Shown here: in pieces, positions 1 to 8,814 of the stretch
Layout of the letters: every line of letters starts with the position of its first letter
How positions within the stretch are numbered: position 1 is the first letter of the stretch
Origin: an uncultured Acidobacteriota bacterium
Lineage (GTDB): Bacteria > Acidobacteriota > Thermoanaerobaculia > Multivoradales > UBA5704
DNA length: 64,000 bases
Reading direction: 5' to 3'
NCBI GenBank assembly: GCA_963770895.1
Contig: CAVYRF010000001.1
Location: forward strand, 1,696,001 to 1,760,000
Position numbers and translations under genes: made by a program
The notes under the pieces: generated by a model
What the model saw: the letters and a program-made list of their open reading frames with translations, nothing else
Database searches by the model: none
What the model was told of the DNA's origin: nothing

Positions 1-247
1 CCACCGGGTTTTCTGACCATTGCTTAGATTGCCATGTGACTCGTGGCGGTAGTCTCGACAGTTGAAGATGTTTTTCTCCTGAGTTGCTGCTCGAGGTAAT
101 TGAACAAAGACGGTAGCGAGCAGGGCCGCTCGGCCGGCGGCAGCGGTGCCCGCAGCGGGGCGGCCGCGCGGCGATTGGCGCCGGGCGGCCGCCCCTGGGA
201 GACGGGGCTTGGGGGATGTTGCGAAGGGCTAGTGCCTGCGCGGCAGG

Positions 248-2113
248 TCAGGGACAGGGGAAGGCGTTGGTGTCCTGGACCGCTTGGGCTGCTGTCAGGT
301 CGGGGTTCAAGTAGGTCTTGACGTGGCCGGTGTTGGTGTCGGTGACGTTGATGGTGAGGCCGACGTTGGTGGTGGCGGAAAAGAAGACCCAGAAGGTGGA
401 GCTCACCGGGCAGGCATTGATGATCTTGACCAGCAGCTCGGGGTTGGTGGCGCTGAAGAACCACAGGATGCCGCCTTGGTCGATGCCCAGGCTGGACAGG
501 GGGATGGAGTTGCCGTTGCCGCTCAAGCCGCCGCCCTGCGAGGTCTTGAAGGAGGCGGTGACCTTGAAGCGGTGGTCGCCGGCGTTGTTGTCGATGCAGA
601 GGGTGGTGGCGTTGGCGACGCAGGGGGTGGTCTGGCCCGCCGCGGGGCTGAGCCACGCCTGGAGGAAGGGATAGCTGACGTTGAACGCGCCGTCGAACTC
701 CGAGTTGGCGTAGTCGCAGCCGTTGCTGGGGTCGTGGCCGGTGAAGGCGCAGCCGCCTCCCAGCTGGCCGACGACGTCGCCGTTGGCGAGCAGCAACGGC
801 GAGCCGGAGCTGCCGCCGAACGTGGCGCCCTGGCTGAGGCTGCCGTAGATGAACTGCGGGCGCGGCGCGCCGTCGCTGCACACCGGGATGCTGCTGCCGG
901 TCTGCAACGCAGAACGCGAGAACTGCTCGGTCAACGAAAAGCCGTCCGGCGCCGGAAAGGACAGGCGGTTGAGCTGGGTGCCCTGCGTGAGGTCGCTGGC
1001 GTTGGCGTCCCAGCCGAAGTACCAGCGCCCGGGGACCGCGCCGTTGAGCTGCACGAGGGTGAAGTCGGAGCTGTTGTCCGGTGCCTGCGCCGACTTGGTG
1101 GCGAGCAGGGTCGAGCCGCTGACGATGAGGGGCGTCGTCGGCGGGTTGCCGTTGCAGGTGTCGTCGTAGTAGTCGAAGGTCGCTTCCAGGCTGGAGGCGG
1201 CGTCCTGGTCGGCGAAGCAGTGGTTGGCGGTCAGCAGGTAGGGCGTGTCGTTGTTGGCGGTGTTGTTGAGCAGGCCGCCCGAGCACAGGTAGGCGGTGCC
1301 CTGGTCGACGAATTCCAGGGCGGCGACGCCGTGGCGAAAGTTGGCGACGCCGGGGAACTGGCTGTTGGTGATGCAGGTGGCGTCCACCAGGCAGCTGGTG
1401 TTGACGGCGGCGGGGGCGGTGCCGGTGGCGGTCGCGGGGTTGCCGTGGACCAGCTCCATCACCTCGCGCAGCGCGAAGTTGGCGGTGGTGGCGCCGGCCG
1501 GCACGTGCACTTCGAAGCTGACCGATTCACCGGGGACGGTGGGCGTCCACAGGTTGCCGGCGGGCGACAGCAGCTCGAGGCCGAAGGCGTGGCTGACGCC
1601 GTCGCTGCCGGACACCAGCATCTGGGTGCCGGCCGGCAGGTGGACGTTGGCCAGGTGCAGGCGCAGGCGGTAGGACTCCTGGACGCGGATGTGCACGCCC
1701 CAGGCGAGCTGGCCGCCGCCGGCATTGCCGACGATGCCGCCGGCGTACGGGCGCGGCGTGGCACCGGCGGCGACGGTGCCGGCGCGGGCCAGGTCGATGA
1801 CGCCGCCGTTGGGCAGGGCGCGCGGGAAGCCGATGCGATAGGGGAGCTTGCCGGCGGAGTTCCAGGTGGTCAGGGCTTCGATCTGGTCGACGGCGCCGAC
1901 GCTGGCCGGCACCAGGTCCTGGTGGATGGTCTGGGCGAGCGCGCCGGCCAAGGCGAGCGGCGTGGCGGCGGTGGCGCGGGGCGCGGCGTCCGGCGGCGAC
2001 ATATGACCGGCCAGTCGCTGCGCGAAGCCGGGGGTGATCGCAGCCGCGAGGCCCAACCACAGGATGGCGGCAGCGACGGTATGACGGCGGCAGTGCATGC
2101 AAGCTCCTTTCAT
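248..2113 (-). CDS. Secreted trypsin-like (S1, lysyl endopeptidase-like) serine protease with conserved C-terminal domain
   Basis: Signal peptide; triad motifs LLTANHCF (His), SDFTLV (Asp), GGSSGSPL (Ser); C-terminal ~120 aa domain shared with the 7536 and 38977 proteins. Confidence 0.9.
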   Translation of the reverse strand: MKGACMHCRRHTVAAAILWLGLAAAITPGFAQRLAGHMSPPDAAPRATAATPLALAGALAQTIHQDLVPASVGAVDQIEALTTWNSAGKLPYRIGFPRALPNGGVIDLARAGTVAAGATPRPYAGGIVGNAGGGQLAWGVHIRVQESYRLRLHLANVHLPAGTQMLVSGSDGVSHAFGLELLSPAGNLWTPTVPGESVSFEVHVPAGATTANFALREVMELVHGNPATATGTAPAAVNTSCLVDATCITNSQFPGVANFRHGVAALEFVDQGTAYLCSGGLLNNTANNDTPYLLTANHCFADQDAASSLEATFDYYDDTCNGNPPTTPLIVSGSTLLATKSAQAPDNSSDFTLVQLNGAVPGRWYFGWDANASDLTQGTQLNRLSFPAPDGFSLTEQFSRSALQTGSSIPVCSDGAPRPQFIYGSLSQGATFGGSSGSPLLLANGDVVGQLGGGCAFTGHDPSNGCDYANSEFDGAFNVSYPFLQAWLSPAAGQTTPCVANATTLCIDNNAGDHRFKVTASFKTSQGGGLSGNGNSIPLSSLGIDQGGILWFFSATNPELLVKIINACPVSSTFWVFFSATTNVGLTINVTDTNTGHVKTYLNPDLTAAQAVQDTNAFPCP

Positions 2114-2281
2114 TCGCAGATCGGGATCGGGTGGACGACGCGAGGTGACCTGCGGGTGTTCACTCCCTCGGAAGCGTCTCTGGAATCAAGAGTCCATAGA
2201 CCGACCCAAAGTATACGGCTGTCGCGCCCAGGGCGTTGAGTCCGCGGCTCGTTCGCCGGCCCTGTGCTAGCCTGCGGCGTC

Positions 2282-4576
2282 ATGCGCGACGCGATCACCG
2301 CGCGCGGCCCGGCCGCAGGCTGGCGGCTCGCGGCAGCCGGCTGGCTGCTCGGATGCGTTGCGAGCCTGCCCGCCCTGGCCGCGGCCGCGCCAGCTTCGAC
2401 GGCACCCTCCGCTCCCACTTCCGCCCCCGCCCAGGCCCCCGCCGTCACCACCCCCGCCGCTGCCGCCGCCGGCTTCGATCCGGCGGCGCTCGACCGCGGC
2501 GCGGCCGCCTGCGGCGACTTCTACACCTTTGCCTGCGGCGGCTGGATCGCCGGCCATCCCATCCCGCCGGACCAGGCGGCGACGGACCGCTTCCGCGAGG
2601 CCGAGGAGCGCACCGCCGAGCGCCTGCGCCTCCTCCTGGAGGATGCCGCCGCCGGCAAACCGGCGCCCGCGACCGCCTGGCAGCCGCCGGCCCGGGCGCT
2701 CGCCGGCCAGACGGCGCCGGCCGCTCCGCCGGATACCAGGGAGCCGCTGTGGCTGGCGGTGCGCAAGAACCAGGCGTGGGTGGCGGAGCCGCAGGCGCCG
2801 GCGCCGCCGCCTGCTCCCTACCGGCCGATGCCGCAAAGCGAGCGCCGCAAGCTGGGCGACGACTATGCCAGCTGCATGGACGAAGCGGGCATCGAGGCCA
2901 AGGGGCTCTCGCCGTTGCAGCCTTCACTCCAGGACCTGGCGGCGCTGCGTTCGGCGGCCGATCTGCCGGCGGTGGTGGCGCGGCTGCACCTGGCGGGCGT
3001 CGGCGCGCTGTTCCGCTTTGCGTCCGCCCCCGACCCGCAGCACAGCGACAGCACCGTGGCGGTGCTCGACCAGGGCGGCATGGCGCTGCCGCAGCGCGAC
3101 GTCTACGTCGGCGACGACCCCGCCTCAGCCGCCGCCCGCGGCCTGTATGCCGGCCACGTCGAGCGTATGTTTGCGTTGCTCGGCGACCCGCCGGCGCGCG
3201 CCGCCGCCGAGGCGGCGGACGCCGTGGCGGTCGAGACGGCGCTGGCCCGCGGCGCCCTCGACCCGGTCAGCCGGCGCGATCCCGAGCGCCTCGACCACCT
3301 GCTGTCGCGGCCCGAGCTGGAGGCGCTGACGCCGGCTTTCAATTGGAATTCGTACTTCGGCGCGCTCGGCGCGCCGCCCATGGAGTCGCTGCTGGTGACC
3401 GAGCCGGCCTTCCTGCGGGCGATGGCGGCCGCCGTCGCCGCCAGCGGCATCGACCGGCTGCGGTCCTACCTGCGCTGGCAGGTGGTGCACGCCGCGGCGC
3501 CGCTTTTGCCGCGCGCCTTCGCGGCGGAAGACTTCGCCTACTTTCAGCAGGCGCTCCTGGGCGTGCGCCAACCCGCGCCGCGCTGGCGGCGCTGTGTCGC
3601 GGCGACCGGCGACGACCTGGACCAGGACCTGGGCCGCGCCTACGTCGAGCAGGCGCTGACGCCGGCGGTCAAGCAGCGCGTCCTCACCATGGTCGACAGC
3701 CTGCAGCTGGCATTCACCACCGACATCAGCACCCGCACCTGGCTGACGGACCCGACCAAGCGCCGGGCGCTGGTCAAGCTGCGGGCCATGCGCAGCGAGA
3801 TCGCCGACCCCGGCGCCTGGCACGCCGACCCGGCGCTCTCGATCGTGCGCGGCGACGCGCTGGGCAATCGCCGGCGCGCCGCGGCCGCCGCGCTGGCGCG
3901 CCAGGTGGCGCGCATCGGCAATTCGCCCGACCGCGACGAATGGCAGCTGGCGCCCTGGGCGGCCGACGCCCTGTACGATCCGTCGCGCAACGACGTGACG
4001 TTGCCGGCCGGCCTGCTGCAGCCGCCGTTCTTCGACCCGCAGGGCGACGACGCGGCCAACTACGGTGCCCTCGGCAGCATCATCGGCAGCCAGCTGGCGC
4101 ACGGCTTCGACGACGTGGGGCGCCGTTTCGACGCGGACGGCAGCTTGCGCGACTGGTGGCCGCCCGCCGACCTGGCGGAGTTCGACCGCCGCGCGACCTG
4201 CATCGCCGACCAGTACGCCGCCGCGGCGGCGCCGGGCGACCCGCAGACCGACGCGCACCTCACCCTGGGCGACGACCTGGACGGCGCCGCCGGCCTGCGC
4301 ATCGCCTTCCTGGCGTACCGGTCGCAGTCGCGGGGCCACCCGGCGGCGGCGGTCGCGGGCTTCGATCCCGAGCAGCGCTTTTTCCTGGCCTTCGCCCAGA
4401 CCTACTGCAGCGCGAGCGATCCGCAGCAGGCGCGGTGGCTGGCCGAAACCGGCAGCCACGCGCCGGACCGCGTGCGGGTGCTGGGGGCGCTCGCCGACAG
4501 CCCGGAGTTCGCGCACGCCTTCAGCTGCCCGCTGGGTAAGCCGATCGTGGGGCGGGACCCGTGCCGGCTGTGGTAA
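2282..4576 (+). CDS. M13 (neprilysin/PepO) family metallopeptidase homologue, catalytic motifs degenerate
   Basis: CGDFYTFACGGW, LPAGLLQPPFFD, NYGALGSIIG..AHGFDD, EQRFFLAFAQ; HExxH reads SQLAH and ENIAD reads DDLDG. Confidence 0.88.
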   Translation: MRDAITARGPAAGWRLAAAGWLLGCVASLPALAAAAPASTAPSAPTSAPAQAPAVTTPAAAAAGFDPAALDRGAAACGDFYTFACGGWIAGHPIPPDQAATDRFREAEERTAERLRLLLEDAAAGKPAPATAWQPPARALAGQTAPAAPPDTREPLWLAVRKNQAWVAEPQAPAPPPAPYRPMPQSERRKLGDDYASCMDEAGIEAKGLSPLQPSLQDLAALRSAADLPAVVARLHLAGVGALFRFASAPDPQHSDSTVAVLDQGGMALPQRDVYVGDDPASAAARGLYAGHVERMFALLGDPPARAAAEAADAVAVETALARGALDPVSRRDPERLDHLLSRPELEALTPAFNWNSYFGALGAPPMESLLVTEPAFLRAMAAAVAASGIDRLRSYLRWQVVHAAAPLLPRAFAAEDFAYFQQALLGVRQPAPRWRRCVAATGDDLDQDLGRAYVEQALTPAVKQRVLTMVDSLQLAFTTDISTRTWLTDPTKRRALVKLRAMRSEIADPGAWHADPALSIVRGDALGNRRRAAAAALARQVARIGNSPDRDEWQLAPWAADALYDPSRNDVTLPAGLLQPPFFDPQGDDAANYGALGSIIGSQLAHGFDDVGRRFDADGSLRDWWPPADLAEFDRRATCIADQYAAAAAPGDPQTDAHLTLGDDLDGAAGLRIAFLAYRSQSRGHPAAAVAGFDPEQRFFLAFAQTYCSASDPQQARWLAETGSHAPDRVRVLGALADSPEFAHAFSCPLGKPIVGRDPCRLW

Positions 4577-5084
4577 CGCCGCGATCGGGCAGGACGAAGG
4601 TCCGCCTCGCCAGCTCCGAGTCCAGCGTCTCGTCGCGGTAGTACGCCGCCAGGATCGACGGCCGCCAGCTGAACAGGTCGGGGTTGGCGGCGGCGAACGC
4701 CTCCCAGCCAGCGGCGCCGCTCGGCTCCCCTCCGGCCGCGGCCCCCGACGACCGCTGCCGGCGCTCGTGAATGAGCAGCAGGTACGCCCAGGTGATCGTC
4801 TCGTGGTACAGGCGGGGTTTGCCGTAGGCCGCCGCGAGCCGCCGCAGCGCCGCCGCGAAATGCTCGATCGCGGCCAGCGGCGCATGGCGTTCCAGGTACA
4901 GCCACGCGACCCGCACGTGCTGACGGTGGGTCAGACGGCGTTCCGGCAGCGTGCCGTCCTCGAACTGGTCGAAGAGCACCGCCGCGTCCAGCTCGTCGAC
5001 CGGCGGTGCCGCTGGTCGCGACGATGTCTCCTGCGGGTGCAGGTGCAGGTGCGGGTGCGGATCCGGCGCAGCCTTGGCGCTCAT
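4521..5084 (-). CDS. Hypothetical protein
   Basis: ATGA-coupled to the upstream gene; protein-like motifs THRQHVRVAWLYL and YHETITWAY; 3' end overlaps the M13 gene by 56 bp. Confidence 0.7.
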   Translation of the reverse strand: MSAKAAPDPHPHLHLHPQETSSRPAAPPVDELDAAVLFDQFEDGTLPERRLTHRQHVRVAWLYLERHAPLAAIEHFAAALRRLAAAYGKPRLYHETITWAYLLLIHERRQRSSGAAAGGEPSGAAGWEAFAAANPDLFSWRPSILAAYYRDETLDSELARRTFVLPDRGVTTAGTGPAPRSAYPAGS

Positions 5085-5431
5085 GGCGCCTCCTGCTTTT
5101 CGATCAGCCGGTGACTGCTGCGTGCATCCAGGTCCAGCCCATAGATGCGCTTGAGCTCGGCGATGCGGGCCAGTGACGCCGCTTCGAAGGGCACGCGCCC
5201 GTCAAAGGCGTGCAGCACGATCCCCTCCAGCAGGTCGCCAAGGCTCATGTCGTACAGCTCGGCCAGCGCCTTGAGCACCTTGACCAGGCGCTTTTCCATC
5301 CGCACCCCGGTCTGTACCCGCTCGATCACCAGGTTGCCAGCGGGGCTGGCGGCATCGACGGCGCTGGCGGTGCCGGTGGCTCCGGCGGTCCCGGCGGGCG
5401 GCGCCGCCGGGTCTGATTCGGTTCTGTTCAT
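5081..5431 (-). CDS. Small ribbon-helix-helix-like DNA-binding protein
   Basis: RVQTGVRMEKRLVKVLKALAELYDMSLGDLLEGIV fits a beta-helix-helix pattern; GGAG RBS before ATG 5431. Confidence 0.65.
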   Translation of the reverse strand: MNRTESDPAAPPAGTAGATGTASAVDAASPAGNLVIERVQTGVRMEKRLVKVLKALAELYDMSLGDLLEGIVLHAFDGRVPFEAASLARIAELKRIYGLDLDARSSHRLIEKQEAP

Positions 5432-5444
5432 AAGGTCTCCCCCA

Positions 5445-5470
5445 TTGTTACCATAGTACCACGGTAACAA
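5445..5470. promoter_or_regulatory. Palindromic operator upstream of the RHH-like gene
   Basis: TTGTTACC-N10-GGTAACAA perfect 8-bp inverted repeat, AT-rich in a GC-rich background. Confidence 0.55.
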
Positions 5471-5567
5471 GAGGGGCGATCCCTTTCGAGGCTTCCTGCC
5501 GCGAAGCCGCGGTTGGCACCGCCCCGTCGAGGGCGATGACCCGCGCGCCGCGCGGCCGATGGAGGCG

Positions 5568-6872
5568 CTAGGCGCTGCCGGGGTCGGCCATCGCCGCCGG
5601 CATCCCGGCGGACGGTGGTGGCGGCGCCGGCGGGACGGCGCGCGCCAGGCGGGTGGCGTCCAGCAGGTCGAGGAGATAGGTGGCGGGCACCAGCAGCATG
5701 GCGCTGACCGCCAGACCCGCCAGCACGCCGCTCGGCAGGTCGAGGTCGTTGTCGATCCGCGCCAGGCCGATGAGCAGCACCAGCGCGGCGTCCAGCAGGG
5801 CGGCGGGCCATCGCCATGCGGGCCGGTTGCGCGACAGCAGCAGCGCCGTGGCGCCGTAGCCGGTGGCGGCGACCAGTGCGTTGCCGCTCAGCAAACCGGA
5901 GAACAGGCCGATGGCGCCGGTCCACCAAGCCATCGAGCGGTTGAGATCGACGCTCAGCAGCAGGCTCGCGCAGTAGGTCGCGATCAGCACCAGGGCTTCG
6001 CCGCGCCGCCGCCGCCACAGGCACCAGGCGGTGACGCCCAGGACCACGGCCAGCAGGATTGGCGCCGAGCCCAGGACGGCGAACAGCTGCAGCCCGCTGT
6101 GGATGGCGGGGGAGAGCCAGCTGTCCATCCAGCCGGTGACCTGGCCGTCGAAATGGGTATAGCGCCGCGACACCACCCGGCCGGCCAGGCGGGCCAGGCT
6201 GCCGAGCACGGTCAGCTCGACGATCAGTACCCACAGCTGGCGCTGGCTGAAGCGTCCGGGCAGCGACTCGCGGAACCACAGCAGGACGCGGTCGCGATGG
6301 CGCCCGGCGATGCGCAGCAGGATGAGGCTCGCGGCCAGGACCAGCACCGACAGGCCGACGCGGCCGATGAAGTGCTCGGCCCGCCCCCAGCTTTCGCCGA
6401 AGGCATAGCCCAGCAGGCCGATGCTGGTTGCCCACAGCAGGCAGGCGGTGGCGTTGAAGGCGGCGAAGCGCGGCCAGCGCAGACCGCTGATGCCGGCAAA
6501 CAGCGGCGCGAACGCCCGCACCCCCGACAGGAAGCGGGCGACCAGGATGGTCTTGGTGCCGTGGCGGGCGAAGAATCCTTCGACCGCCAGCAGCCGCGGC
6601 GCGGTCAGCCCGACCCAGCGGCCGTGCCGCTCGACAAACCCGCGGCCGCCTCGCCGGCCGATCCAGTAGCCGGTGTTGTCGCCCGCGACGGCGGCCAGGA
6701 ACGCCGTGACCAGCAGCCAACCCAGCGACAGCGATCCCTGGCGGGCGAAGAAACCGCCGGCCAGCAGGACCGTCTCGCCGGGCAGCGGCAGGCCGCAGCC
6801 TTCGAAGTAGATCCCGATCACCACCACGGCATAGCCGTAGCTTGCGAACGCCGCCGCCAGCCAGTGCCCCAT
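5568..6872 (-). CDS. DedA/VTT-domain membrane protein fused to a degenerate PAP2-like domain
   Basis: EGCGLPLPGETVLLAGG, GDNTGYWIGR, ARFLSGVR DedA motifs; C-terminal TM region with SGN and RIDNDLDLPSG at the PAP2 motif positions. Confidence 0.85.
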   Translation of the reverse strand: MGHWLAAAFASYGYAVVVIGIYFEGCGLPLPGETVLLAGGFFARQGSLSLGWLLVTAFLAAVAGDNTGYWIGRRGGRGFVERHGRWVGLTAPRLLAVEGFFARHGTKTILVARFLSGVRAFAPLFAGISGLRWPRFAAFNATACLLWATSIGLLGYAFGESWGRAEHFIGRVGLSVLVLAASLILLRIAGRHRDRVLLWFRESLPGRFSQRQLWVLIVELTVLGSLARLAGRVVSRRYTHFDGQVTGWMDSWLSPAIHSGLQLFAVLGSAPILLAVVLGVTAWCLWRRRRGEALVLIATYCASLLLSVDLNRSMAWWTGAIGLFSGLLSGNALVAATGYGATALLLSRNRPAWRWPAALLDAALVLLIGLARIDNDLDLPSGVLAGLAVSAMLLVPATYLLDLLDATRLARAVPPAPPPPSAGMPAAMADPGSA

Positions 6873-7071
6873 GCCGCCCAGGCTACCACGCGCCGGCCGC
6901 CTCCCGGAGACCCGCCGGGAGGGGAGGGTAGGGTTGCAGATTGGCGCGAGTTGGGCCATAATGTGTTCTGTGCCGGCCCAAAAGGATCTCCCTTTTGCCA
7001 TCGTAGATGGGGCGGATGGTCCGCGACCTGACGACGGCGTTCGGCTGGCCTAGAGAGAGGGCTGAAGCGAC

Positions 7072-7305
7072 ATGATGAAAAGCCTCGCGCAGTGCGATTG
7101 CGGCGGCCAACCGACAGCCAGAAGCCTGTCCTACCTGCGAGGACGGTGGTTTTGGGTGCAGTGCAGCCGTTGCCAGGCGCGCTCCAGCGACCGCACCACG
7201 CTCGACGAGGCGGTGACGGATTGGAATCAGCGCGGTAAGAGCAGCAAGAACACCGAGCGCGAACCGCGGGCGCCCCGCGCCAGCCGCGCCCGCCGCCAGG
7301 GGTAA
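7072..7305 (+). CDS. Small Lar (restriction alleviation)-like zinc-ribbon protein
   Basis: QCDCGG...VQCSRCQA...EAVTDWNQR matches the C..CG / V.C..C.A / A...WN.R pattern. Confidence 0.6.
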   Translation: MMKSLAQCDCGGQPTARSLSYLRGRWFWVQCSRCQARSSDRTTLDEAVTDWNQRGKSSKNTEREPRAPRASRARRQG

Positions 7306-7315
7306 CTCCGGCGGC

Positions 7316-7480
7316 TAGTGTCCCGTCTCAGAAGTTCGCGGCATAAGTCGGCGAGTCATCCGCGCTCCTGGCCAGGCGCGCCGACGCAGGCATAGTCGAA
7401 CCTATGTCGAGGAGGCGCAACGCCGCCAGGGGCGTGGAGGGCCGTCGAATTATGATGGGAACTTCTGAGACGGGACACTA
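7316..7480. mobile_element. 165-bp MITE-like element, copy 1
   Basis: Perfect 22-bp terminal inverted repeat TAGTGTCCCGTCTCAGAAGTTC / GAACTTCTGAGACGGGACACTA with TA ends; core shared with 30138-30302. Confidence 0.8.
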
Positions 7481-7535
7481 AGCGGCAGGCCGGAGCACGC
7501 CGGAGCGCTTGGCCCCGGCGTGCCTGACGTGAAGC

Positions 7536-8624
7536 CTACGGGCAGGGGAATGCCGCGACGTCGGTCACCGCCGGCGCCGGCGGTCCTGGATAGTTGAAGT
7601 AGCGCTTGGTTTCGCCGGACTGCACGTTGGTGACATCCAACTCATAGTAGAGGTTGGTGGTGGCGGCGCTGAACACCCACCACTGGTTGTCCACCGCGCA
7701 GCCGTTGAGGACCTTGACCAGGATCTCCCAGTCGTCCGCGTTAAAGAACCAGAATACGCCGGAGCCGGGGTTGCTGCTGGGAACGATGGTGGCGGCGCTC
7801 TGCGCGGTGCCCTGGGCGCCGACCCGGACCGAGGCGTTGACCGCGAACTTGCCGTTGAGGCAGAAGGTGCCGCCGCCCGAGCTGCCGCAGGTGGATTCGG
7901 CGGGCGGCCCCAGGATGGGCGGGATCTTGCCCTGGAAGGTGCCGTTGTGGCCGCCGACGGCGTCGGTGGCGACGAACATCGGCCAGACCGCCACCAGGCC
8001 GGCTTGCGCGGTGCGCACCGGCACGTTGATCGAAGCCTGGATCTCCGCCTGGGTGCGGGCTACGTTCCACAGCCGCACCTCGTTGATCGAGCCGTTGGGG
8101 CTGTAGGCCCAGCTGGCGTCGCCGCCGATCTCGACCGGCGCGCTGCTCAAGGAAAGCGGGCCGGTTTCGGAGAACGTGCCCACCAGCTCGCCGTTGATGT
8201 AGTGCTTGCGCGTCGAGCCGTCGGAGGTCACGGCGACGTGCGTCCACGCGCCGTCGGCCGGCAGCACGCCGGCGTCATGGTCGGAGCCGGCGCCGGTCGT
8301 ATACGAGCGCAGCAGGTTGCCGCAGACGCCCACCCAGTAAGCTTTCGTATAGTCCTTGCCGATGATGCTGCGGCAGCTCTCGGCGGCGAAGGGCAAGTTG
8401 ATCTGCACCCACGCCTCCAGCGTGATGCCGCTGGTCGGGTTGAGCGCCGCGTCGGCGGGAATCTCCAGGAAGCCGTTGTTGGCGTCGAGGGTGCCGTCGC
8501 CGATGAACTCGGTCCACAGGCCGAAGGGCTGGGCCGCCAGCGCGGCTGGAAAACACGACAGGACGACGAGCGCGGCGAGCCGCGGACGGCGCGTCGCTCG
8601 CCTGAAAAAGGCGCAGAGGTTCAT
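7536..8624 (-). CDS. Secreted LamG/concanavalin-like domain protein with conserved C-terminal domain
   Basis: Signal peptide; ITLEAWV, WTHVAVT, YINGEL, GSINEVRLWNVART LamG motifs; GGAGGAG RBS. Confidence 0.88.
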   Translation of the reverse strand: MNLCAFFRRATRRPRLAALVVLSCFPAALAAQPFGLWTEFIGDGTLDANNGFLEIPADAALNPTSGITLEAWVQINLPFAAESCRSIIGKDYTKAYWVGVCGNLLRSYTTGAGSDHDAGVLPADGAWTHVAVTSDGSTRKHYINGELVGTFSETGPLSLSSAPVEIGGDASWAYSPNGSINEVRLWNVARTQAEIQASINVPVRTAQAGLVAVWPMFVATDAVGGHNGTFQGKIPPILGPPAESTCGSSGGGTFCLNGKFAVNASVRVGAQGTAQSAATIVPSSNPGSGVFWFFNADDWEILVKVLNGCAVDNQWWVFSAATTNLYYELDVTNVQSGETKRYFNYPGPPAPAVTDVAAFPCP

Positions 8625-8814
8625 GATCCATCTCCTCCAAGGTTTTTGGACGTTGGGGCGAAATATCGCTGTCTCACGATATCTCACCCGGTCCGATTTG
8701 TACCAATGGATCAGGCGCGCGACCCGCCCCGCGCGTTACGCCGTACACCTGTGCACCGTGAAGGAGCGCCGGGCGCCGGGTGCGGCGCCGCCGAGCGACC
8801 TGTGACCCGCGGCC

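Noticed and set aside
1-110. AT-richer left edge with a possible minus-strand start (ATG at 20, MVRKPG)
   Set aside because: Too little sequence to support a gene call.
7072-7480. Prophage or autonomous IS at the Lar-like gene and MITE
   Set aside because: No integrase, transposase, att site or structural phage genes anywhere in the window.
8663-8688. GTGAGAT look-alikes of the ECF motif at 8681-8688 (-), 19474-19480 (-) and ~25899 (+)
   Set aside because: None has GCGGCAG at 13-bp spacing. The 19474 site has GCGGCAT at only 4 bp, and the 25899 site is inside a CDS.
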